From contig OZ024741.1 of the NCBI GenBank assembly GCA_964016885.1, positions 212,784,001 through 212,848,000 of the forward strand: a stretch of DNA of 64,000 bases, written 5' to 3'. The translations under genes were made by a program, and so were the position numbers. The notes under the pieces were generated by a model. The model ran no database searches, had not been told where the DNA came from, and saw only the letters and a program-made list of their open reading frames with translations. Below, piece by piece: positions 54,440 through 64,000 of the stretch. Position 1 is the stretch's first letter; each line of letters opens with the position of its first letter. The DNA comes from Eledone cirrhosa (taxonomy: Eukaryota).

Positions 54440-56235
54440 CGGGGGCTAGCAGTGATTGAGTATCTAATAGAATTGTCTACTGCTGTCTGAATGGTTATTC
54501 TGTGTAGTCAGCTTTTAAGGTCGCATTAAAGCATTTGTTAGTGGGGTGGAGTGATGTAAAGTGGAAGCAGGTAGCAGAGAGAACGAGACTGAAAGTGAAT
54601 TGTAGAGTTATATAATCTAATGTGTCATTGAATGTAATAGCAACTTGCCATCATCATCACCAGCACTACATTATAACTACCTTAAACTATATTGGTGTGT
54701 TGGTGAGCTGACATAAAAGAAGGTAGGGGGAAAGTGTGTGGAAATATGTAATTTAAAGTGTCGTTGATTGTAATACCATCAAGCTACCATCACCACCACC
54801 ACCATACCATGACAGCATCTCTACATCACTATTACAGTTATTATTGCTGGGACGGCGAAGTGACAGGTAGGAAAATGTATAGAGTTATATGAACCTATGT
54901 TTCGTTGATTCTAACACCATCAAACCACCACCATCATCATCATCATCATACTATCACAACATCACTATATCACTATCCAAGATATTATTGATGTTGTGAT
55001 GATCTGACAAATATTATTATTGGAATAGTTGTGAGCTGACAGCTAAGAAAGAGTTTAGAATTATACAATCCAATATGTCGTTGATTGTACATTCTTATGC
55101 CGCCATTATAACTACCACAGCTAAATTCTTTTAACTCTTTAAGTTTCATTCATATCGTCATGTATGTCTGGAATCTTAATGTTCGATTTTATTGGTAAGA
55201 AATCATGTAGAGAGAGATGCTGATTACATGAATTTTGATCTTAATTTATCAGTAGTTGGTCAAAATTTAATAAATCTACATTATTAACGTTCCTTGTCTG
55301 AATGTAATGTTACCAAATACAATAAAGTTCCATTTAGACGTAAATCCAATGAATACTGTATGCTGTATATGTCATCGATAATTGATCACTTATAGTAATT
55401 GATAGTTTTTAAATTTTTATTTATTTTTGATATATTTATTCTTTTTTATTTGACCTTTAAGAAATTATTCAACGGTTTCTTTTATCATATCTGTTTCTAG
55501 TGATAGTTGGTTCAAATACGATCAAAATGCTGTTCAATTCGTTTTCATATGTGGATGACGAAGTCATTATTTAATGATAAGCATGTGTCTGTGTGTCTGT
55601 TTGTCCTAAAACAACCTCGCCATTACTCAATAAAGATCTTTACCAAATTTGGCAACAGAGCCTGAAAGATATTTTAAAAGAAATTCACGTCTGAGCTGCT
55701 CATAGGGTTAAAACATGGAATCTAGAAAGATGGGCATGGAGACACAGTAACATACAATGTGTGTGTGTTTGTATGTATGAGAGTATGTGCGTGTGTGTAT
55801 GAGCGTGGATATGTGTATTGAGACATCTTTGATATTTATATATAAGGCGATGAACAAGCAGAGTCGTTAGAACGTCGGAGAGAATGATTTGCGTTATTCG
55901 TTTCGAGTCTTTGCTCTCTGAGTTCAGATCCCATCGAGAAAAGTACCAGTCTAGTACTGAGGGTCGATTCTTCCCTTATACCCCTTTCTCACTTCCATTC
56001 CCTCACTCTTTATCCTTCTCTGAAAGAAATCTGCTGTGTCCGGACATGTAGAGTAGATGGGCTCTGCCTTAGGAACGCCGTATATAAATACGGCACACAC
56101 ACGACTTCCCGGGGACTTTACCGACATCAGATATTATATATATAGGCATGTAAGTCTTTCTATGTGTGTGCTTGTGTGTGTTTACGCATGTTACTTTTCT
56201 ATCTCTATCTGAGTATATATATATATATATATATA

Positions 56236-56462
56236 TTTTTTTAAGGATCGATCGACTTTCGTCAAATCGGACCGAGGAAACAATGTTTCCGTTGGTCTTT
56301 CCAGTTGCTAGTACTATCTATCGGTCGCAACTCCAGGTAGAAGGAGCAACGTGAAATAAAGTGTCTTGCTCAAGGACATAACGCATCGCCCGGTCCAGGA
56401 ATCGAACTCACAACCTCAAGATTGTGAATCCAATTCTCTAACCATTCAGCCACACGCCTTCA
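56236..56462 (-). mobile_element. Short tRNA-derived SINE, twin of 39631-39856
   Basis: Near-identical reverse complement. Confidence 0.85.
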
Positions 56463-56608
56463 TATATATATATAAGCAATGAGTTATTTAAATTGTTGAT
56501 TATTCAACAAAGTTAATTTATAACAGCTTAGGAGCACTCAACAGTATTCTTCTGGAGTATAATATCAATAATATTAATAAATGGAAAATATCTTTATAAA
56601 ACCATATT

Positions 56609-56668
56609 TATTTTATTATACATATTTCAAGGGTACCAAATGTTGGTACGCTATCGTCAGATAAAATA
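56609..56668 (-). ncRNA. Hammerhead ribozyme motif in a pLTR-like element (56476-56725)
   Basis: UAUUUUAU-CUGACGA-[GUACCAA(CAU)UUGGUAC]-GAAA-UAUGUA-UA-AUAAAAUA: perfect 8-bp stem I; downstream sequence homologous to 41757-41890. Confidence 0.75.
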
Positions 56669-56721
56669 CAATATTTGGTTTACAGATAATATCGACATAT
56701 AAACTTAATGTTATGAGTTCA

Positions 56722-56775
<54 letters not shown>

Positions 56776-57006
56776 CCAAAGATTAATATGGTTCGTTGAT
56801 TACTCAACGAATACAGTTTAACAATAGATTAGAAGCACTTAACAGTAAAATTTTCCTGGAGTTTTTAATATTATTCAAAATATTAACAAATGAAAAATAT
56901 TCGCATAATCAAAATATATACTTTATTATTTATATTTCAAAAGTATTCTGCCAATACGGGAATTGAATAATCAAGAACGTAGCGGTATGTCATATATCAA
57001 ATCATA

Positions 57007-57072
57007 TATTTTGTCTGATGAGGATGTACTGAAAAAACAGCACAGTACCTTTGAAATATATATAATAAAGTA
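57007..57072 (+). ncRNA. Hammerhead ribozyme motif in fold-back element 56775-57120
   Basis: UAUUUUGU-CUGAUGA-[GUACUG..CAGUAC]-GAAA-UAUAUA-UA-AUAAAGUA; arms ~56872-56945 / 57045-57119. Confidence 0.7.
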
Positions 57073-57130
57073 TATATTTTGAGTATGCGAATATTTTTCA
57101 TGTGTTAACATTTTGAATCATATATATATA

Positions 57131-57450
57131 TATGTAAAGTAGAAAAAGTTATTTTGATGGAGATGAGAATAGATATATATGAAAATTGGTGGAGGGTTGA
57201 AGAGTATGCATCGCAGTATTTAGTTGCAGTTCTTTATGTTTTGAGTTGAAATTCTCTCTCCGTGAATTTATCAATCCATCGCCCTCAACTGATACCGTGT
57301 ATATAATAAAACATTGATCTCGGCAGGAATTTCAACTTAAAACATAAAGAACTGCAACTAAATACTGCGATGCATACTTTTCAACCCTCCACCAATTTTC
57401 ATATATATCTATTCTCATCGCCATCAAAATAACTCTTTCTACTTTACATA
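57131..57450. repeat. Inverted duplication (57131-57254 / 57327-57450) including a degenerate SINE head
   Basis: gtatgcatcgcagtatttagttgcagttctttatg / cataaagaactgcaactaaatactgcgatgcatac. Confidence 0.85.
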
Positions 57451-57929
57451 AACGTCTAAAGTCTGTCTCAAGCTCTGAGACTCACAAAAACGGTTCTTAT
57501 CTATGTTTCCTTGGTGTTAATCAACTGGGATAACAAGGCTTTCTACTGATGAGGATAATAGTCCAGCGAAGAGTTAAACTACCAGCTACTGCTGGTATTT
57601 ATTTTCAGTTGAGTTATACTAAAGCAACGCAGCAGACAACCCGATCTAGGAATCGAACCTACGGCATCGTCATCAAAATACCAGCTAGGCCATGTGGCTT
57701 ACCATGTGGCTTAGCAGGGAGATTCGGTGTCAAAAGTTGGTGGAGGTAGTGGAACGTCGATTTAAATCGAGTCTCAATGGTATTTTATTTTATTGAATCT
57801 GGAAGAAATATGGGCAATGGTGACTTTGGTGGGATTTCAAACTAGAAAGCCGGTTCAAAACCAGAGAGCATATTTCCCGGCATGCTACTGATTTTGCTCT
57901 TACTTAGCTCTATGGAAATAAGTCTGGCA

Positions 57930-57962
57930 TACTACTGCTACTACTACTACTACTACTACTGA

Positions 57963-58023
<61 letters not shown>

Positions 58024-58105
58024 GCTGCTGTTGCTGCTGCTAACATTACTACTACTGCTGCTGCTACTACTGTTGCTGATACTACTACTACTGCTGATAC
58101 TGATG

Positions 58106-58152
<47 letters not shown>
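57930..58152. repeat. (CTA/CTG)n microsatellite
   Basis: Direct inspection. Confidence 0.9.
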
Positions 58153-58153
<1 letters not shown>

Positions 58154-59231
58154 TTTATTTTAATTTTAATTTTATTTTATTTCTATTTTTCTTCTTTCAT
58201 TTTTCTTCTTTTATCCCATGTTAGAGAGTCCTGTCAGAAACAACCGTCTTGAAATTATCTGGTATCTGGATCCTCAAGCGAGGCCAACCGAGCTCTTAGA
58301 TGTTACTCAACCATCTTTGCTTTTGGCCATCTTAAAATACAATTTTAATTGCTTCTATTTTTGGCACAAGGCCAGCAAATATTCCAGTACATTACTGGTA
58401 CTTTATTTTATCGACCCCGTAAGGATGAAAGGCAGAGTTAACCTCGGCGGGATTTGAACTCAGCCCGTAAGGGACGTTACTGCAAAGCATGGCGTACGAC
58501 CCTCTACCGAAATACAATTTTAATGGTAAGTGACTTCATATTTGCTCATCCATCTCTCTATTGTGTCTTTCACAACTCCCTACCTCCTCAATCCACTTTG
58601 ATATATTTTCTTTGTCGTTTTTTTTATCATTTCTCTCTCTTCCTTCATTTAGTTCATCTATTCTACAATTTCTTTATTTACTTAGAATTATTCTTGTCTG
58701 TTTTATATTCGTTTCTTTTAAACATGTAACAGTTGATTCTCTTTGTCTTTCTCTACAAATCTTCTTTCAACTCTGTCTTTCTCTTTCTCTCTTTGTCTCT
58801 CTTTCCCTCTATCTATCTCTCACTCTATCTCTCTCTCTATATATATATGATCATATATATATAAATGTGTTTGTGCACATATATATATAAATATATATGT
58901 GTGAGTGTGTATATATACATATATATATATATATACAGTTTAATTGTAAACCAATCTTAAAGAGAAAGATGGAGATAGGAGAGGAGAAGAGAGATTGGTG
59001 AATTAGTTAGAAGCCAAAAGCGTAAAGGCATATGCTCAATGTGCAATATGTAGTGGAAGGCAGCTAGATGGCTGGGTTCATGCAGAGATTAGGTGCGCAG
59101 AGCTGGAAATATTCATTAGTTAAGCAAAACAAGACCACAAATTTCACAAGGAAGACATCATTTAAAGATTTTCAACATAGTTGCAGTTTAATGTAAGGAA
59201 TAAGGAGTGTAAATATAGTTTAATTCATGGA

Positions 59232-59286
<55 letters not shown>

Positions 59287-59290
59287 TAAT

Positions 59291-61743
59291 GTCCGTTTAC
59301 AATTGTTTCGCTACTCCATGTAACGTTTCTGGATCAAATGATTATAGATCATTATTGATCTGGTTCAGATGAAGATAATTAACTTAGGTAAAAATGGAGC
59401 AGCTCTTCAGAACTTCAAAAGAGATAATGAAAACATTGATGATGGTACGATGGAATAAGGAATATAAAGTAAGGTAAAGAAAGATGGTTACGTGAATGTA
59501 ATGTTCCCTATATTGGTATTTGACTATGGTGTCCTGGGTCTATCTATTGTCTGCTATAGGCAAGCGTTATTCTTCCGTCGAGGCTGCATTATTCGAGATC
59601 TGCCTATGCGTAACAAGATGGCCACCTAAGGACATATTTACCTTACTAATTAGAGACAGGTTTCAAGGGAAGTAACTCCTTGAGAATTTAGAAATTGTAG
59701 GTGATTTATAGCTAAGAAGTGCTAATGAGCTTAAGTGAGAGACAGTGTAGGGGAGGTAACTTATAATTATCTAATTCTGGGTTAAATATTTAACATGTTT
59801 GTTATAAGTAAAAGTGGGATTAGATGACCATGTTGGGTCAAATATTCTGTTGACAAAAGAAATTTGCCCTTCGATGTTGACAGCTAATAGTTATCTGGTT
59901 TCTATCATTAATCGGTATAGGTCGTTATAGAGTTATGTAATAGGCCTCGGTAAGACAGAGATCGCAAGAGTTTCTTCGACCATTGAAAGCTTGGGCTCTA
60001 GCTAAGATATCCCATGTTAGTGAGTGTTCAATGTTGGTTAATCTAAGGTTGTTAATGAGCCTAGCTAGAGATGTTGAACATCTATTGCTAGGGTCTCGGA
60101 AGGAAAATGAGTGCGCGTTATAGCGTACCTTAAAAGGGTTAGAGGTAGAGCCAATATAGCAGCTGGTATGTGATGCTCTTTTAACTGTGCACCTATATAC
60201 TATATTGGGGGTAAGGCATTGCCCGTTTAGTGGGCATGCATTAGGGTAACGGCAGTTGCAGTTACTGCTGCGGTTAGTGAGGGTAGGGTTGTTTAAACTA
60301 TGTGGTTGGTGTGTGCTAGAAGGATTAGATTAAGTATTGGTGTAGTGGTGTGGTGTATTTGAAGGGGGTCGTGGTACCGCGGTGTGGGAGTTATACTCTC
60401 TTAGTTTATGATGGTTGGTGTATTTGAAGGGGGTCGTGGTACCGCGGTGTGGGAGTTATACTCTCTTAGTTTATGATGGTTACTGAATGCGATGTTGCTA
60501 GCTAGGTTAGGTGTTGTGGAGAATGAGATTTTAATGTTGTTTTTATTAAAGAGTTTGTAATATCTTTGGTTGGGGGTAATGTTTAGATAAGATAGAGAAG
60601 AAGCGTTTATGGATATTAGTGGCTAAATTAGATGAGAATGGGGGGTTAAGCCAGGTGACCTATTCCTTCTAGGAGTTCTAGTGGAGTTGGCAGGGGCCTT
60701 CATAGGGTTATTATTACCTGGGCGTTTGTTATTTGTCATACAATTGCACATTCCTATTCTAGGGTTGATTCTGAGTCTGCTACTAGGAGTGGGATCTAGG
60801 CCTCTGCCACCATTATGGTTCCCTGTATAGGTGCTGTTACTGCTAAAATACCGGCGTATCTGGCTACATGCTAAAGTGTTTCTAGTTCTAGTGTTAAGTT
60901 TATTATGGTTGTGGTGAAGTACTGTGTTATGGCATTTAGGTATGTAGTAAATGGACTGTACATAACCAGATTTAGAAAGGACCTTATAATATGCCGCATG
61001 GTTCATAAATATCTCCTCATTTGCGGATAGCATGTAGATCCTATACGAGATAGATTTGATGACTGCTCTGATGACTTCCCTGGGTGGTTAGAGTGCGGGC
61101 TAATATATGTAAGTATTTCACCTGGTTTATGATAAGGGTAATATAAGTTATTGTTAAGATCTAGGGTACCGTCCAGGAAGTTTACTACCTTATGGTTCGG
61201 TTCGATGGTGATAGAAAGATCGTTATTTAAAAAAAATCTATGTAGTAAAAAACTATGTAGTCTCTAATTAGTAAGGTAAATATGTCCTTAGTGACCATCT
61301 TGTTACGCATATCAGATCTCGCATAATGCAGCCTCGACAGAAGAATAAAGCTTGCCTATAGCAGACAATAGATAGACCCAGGACACCATAGCAAAATACC
61401 AATATATGGAACATTACTTTCATGTAAACATCTTTCTTTAGCTTACTTTATATTCCTTATTCAATCGTACCTTTATCAATATTTTCATTATCTCTTTTGA
61501 AGTTCTGAAAAGCTGCTCCATTTTTACCTAAGTTAATTATCTTCATCTGAACCAGATCAATAATTGTTTCTACTTTAGGCACAAGGCCAGCAATTACCCA
61601 GTGCATTACTGGTACTGCACTGGGTAATTGCTGGCCTTGTGCCTAAAGTAGAAACAATTATTGATCTGGTTCAGATCAATAGTGATCTATAATCATTTGA
61701 TCCAGAAACGTTACATGGAGTAGCGAAACAATTGTAAACGGAC
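59291..61743 (-). mobile_element. 5'-truncated Penelope-like element with inverted pLTR (59291-59660 vs 61258-61743)
   Basis: Minus-strand RT thumb VVNFLDGTLDLNNNLYYPYHKPGEILTYISPHSNHP (~61080-61190); GIY-YIG NCNCRYPNACPLNGQCLTPNIVYRCTVK...CYIGSTSNPFKVRYNAH...CDLCLTE (~59870-60265); stops and frameshifts; inverted terminal copy. Confidence 0.9.
61545..61676. repeat. Palindrome made of a SINE 3' end plus ~20 bp of the pLTR it inserted into
   Basis: atctgaaccagatcaataattgtttctactttaggcac...cccagtgca-ttactggtac-tgcactggg...gaaacaattattgatctggttcagat. Confidence 0.9.
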
Positions 61744-61744
61744 A

Positions 61745-64000
61745 GAATGTGGTAAATTGTTTACTTTGCATAGGTGCCAGTGGATCACCCTGCCCATCAC
61801 ATCATGTCTCCAGCCCTTATAGTGAGTCCGGGCTAGGTGTTTACACTCGGATACAATGTGAGCCACAGTCTTCTCTCTCTCTCTCTCCACAGATCCTGCA
61901 CAGTGGGCTAGCCTCCTCCTTCTAAATGTGATGTTTCAACCACTTCGTTTTGAGGGCCTGCTCCTGCGCAGCCATTAACATTCCTTCTGTAGCCTTTTTA
62001 AGGTCTCCTCTTTTCAACCAGTTCCATGTCTGTGGATCTCTAAATTCAGTTTTCTCAAAGAAGGTACTATGAAGGGATTTTTCCTGAAGGCTGCTCTTTC
62101 TCCTTGATGTTATTTCCTCCTTGGACATCCCCTGGCCTACTGTCCCCTCCTTCAGTACAGTTCTGAGCATTGGCTCCTTACTATAGGTCACGTATTTGTA
62201 TAGGTTGTTTTTCTCCATCTGAACACAGTCCTCTATGCTGATAAGACCTCTTCCACCCTCAGATCTCCTTAGGTAGAGTCTATCGACATCACTCCTCTTG
62301 TGGAACATGTTGTAGATAGTCAATAGCTTCCTAGTCTTCCTATCCATTTCTTTTTGTTCAGCAACATTCCATCTCAGAATTCCCGCACTGTACCTAATAA
62401 TAGACACAGCTCGGGAATTTACTGCACTTATGGCATTTCTGCTGTTCAGATGTGACTTCAATACGCTCCTTACTCTCCGAATGTATTCAGTTCTTAACAA
62501 TTCCTTCATTTTTTTGTTCTTTATGCCATCAGCCTCCAGAACGCCCAAATACTTGTATCCTTCCTCAGAGTCAATTTCCTTTATCATCTCACCTGTTGGT
62601 ATCTGGATCCCGTTACTTCTGCTCAACCTACCACTCCTCATCACAATGACTCCACATTTACCAATACCAAACTGCATACATATATCACTGCTGAAAATAC
62701 GGACAGTGTCAACAAGCACATCCAACTCCTTCTCACTTTTCCCGAAGAGCTTAAGATCGTCCATGAAGAGGAGGTGATTGATGGTAAGCTCTCCCCTTCC
62801 CAACTTGTATCCTGCTCTCACTTTTCGCAGCATAATGGTCAAGGGCATCGGGGCAAGGACAAACAACAGAGGGGACAGGCTATCTCCCTGGAAGATACCT
62901 CTCTTGATCTTCACGCTTCCCAAGGATACTCCAGTTGATGTCAACTCTGTCTCCCAGGACCCCATACTCCTGCCCAGCAACTGTCTGATGTTATCTGCCA
63001 CCCTGAAGATCTCCAGGCTTTTGGTGATCCAGGAATGAGGCACCATGTCAAATGCCTTTCTGTAGTCTATCCATCCCATGGCAAGATCAGTGTGTCTCCT
63101 CCTGCAATTCCCCATTACCATCTTATCAATAAGCAACTGGTCCTTTGTACCACGTGACTTCTTTCGGCATCCTTTCTGTTCGTCCGGTAACAAGTTGTTT
63201 GTGTGGAGGTGATGGTAGATTTCCTCAGACACAATGCTCGTCAACAGTTTCCACATTACGGGCAGACATGTGATAGGTCTATAGTTGGTAACATCATTAC
63301 CCTTGATTCGGTCTTTCATTATCAGAACTGTGGTACCTTTTGTCAACCACTCTGGCACCTCACCCGACACCAAGCAGTCATTGAACATGGCCGTCAGCTT
63401 CGGGTGGAGGGATGTTAAATGTTTAATCCAATACCCCTGCACCTCCATCTGGGCCTGGTGATTTCCAGTTGGTTAGTTTTTTGGCTTGCCCCTTAAGAGT
63501 TTCAACTGTGATACTCAAATCAGTCTGTTGCTGTGCCTGCTCACCGATCTCCCTCTGTACTGTCTCAATCCACCCTGCCTGGGCATTGTGTCTAACATCC
63601 TGCTCCCATATTCCTCTCCAGAATGTTTTAGCTTGTTCCGCCCCAGGGATCAAGTCGTTGCCTCTTTCTTTCCCCTCAAGCTGTCCAAACAGCATCTTCT
63701 GGTTGTTGTCGAACATGCGGTTCTGTTTATACTGACTGACTCTGTTCTCGTATCGCCTGATTTTGGCACTCTTTGCTACAATGCGTTGCTTCAATTCCTC
63801 TATGATAATATTTAGGTTTTTACTCCTAGTTTTGTATTTTATTTCCAGTCTATTTTTAGTGCCTATGTTTTTTAGTGTCCCATTCAGTAGTGACTCAAGC
63901 TTTCCTATGTCATTCCTCATTTCCCCGATTTGCCCACTCAGTCGCTTCTTCCACCACGGCTCTGCTCTTTCTTGTCTGTTGTTTCCTCTCGCTTTTATAC
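61745..64000 (-). mobile_element. R4/Dong-like non-LTR retrotransposon (RT + zinc knuckle), frameshifted, 3'-truncated at the PLE, extends past the window
   Basis: ORFs 63423-63920 and 61922-63448: NWKSPGPDG, YRPITCL, WIDYRKAFDMVPHSW, GIFQGDSLSPLLF, LLFMDDLKL, RLYLRRSEGGRGL, MAAQEQAL; downstream CRICGEREKTVAHIVSECKHLARTHYKGWRHD. Confidence 0.85.

Noticed and set aside
57545-57575. ctgatgaggataatagtcc motif
   Set aside because: No GAAA/stem III/UH downstream; likely chance.
59291-59385. HHR in the pLTR of the large PLE (minus strand gaaacaattgta and gaaacgtt)
   Set aside because: Hairpins and palindromic stem III-like segments are present, but neither pLTR copy has CUGANGA (ctgaacca); cannot be called.

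Overview
Eukaryotic, AT-rich, repeat-saturated non-genic DNA. The SINE families, microsatellite load and retroelement mix look like an octopod cephalopod genome (inference from recalled repeat consensus). No host protein-coding exon could be supported; most listed ORFs are microsatellite artefacts. Real coding content is retrotransposon-derived: two near-identical full-length Tx1/L1-clade LINEs in convergent orientation, both embedded in (TATC)n/(GATA)n arrays (one with an intact 1145-aa ORF2); two Penelope-like element (PLE) remnants with GIY-YIG endonuclease; an R4/Dong-like RT; and several decayed LINE fragments. The most striking unannotated structure is about a dozen fold-back (inverted-repeat) insertions, mostly in (TA)n tracts, many carrying hammerhead ribozyme (HHR) motifs of several distinct families with palindromic stem III. 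Highlights: a family whose fold-back points map to the predicted HHR cleavage site or stem II loop, a recurrent CAGAAGA core variant, and SINE-associated fold-backs that also duplicate flanking DNA. All structures were folded by eye and none of the ribozymes is shown to be active.
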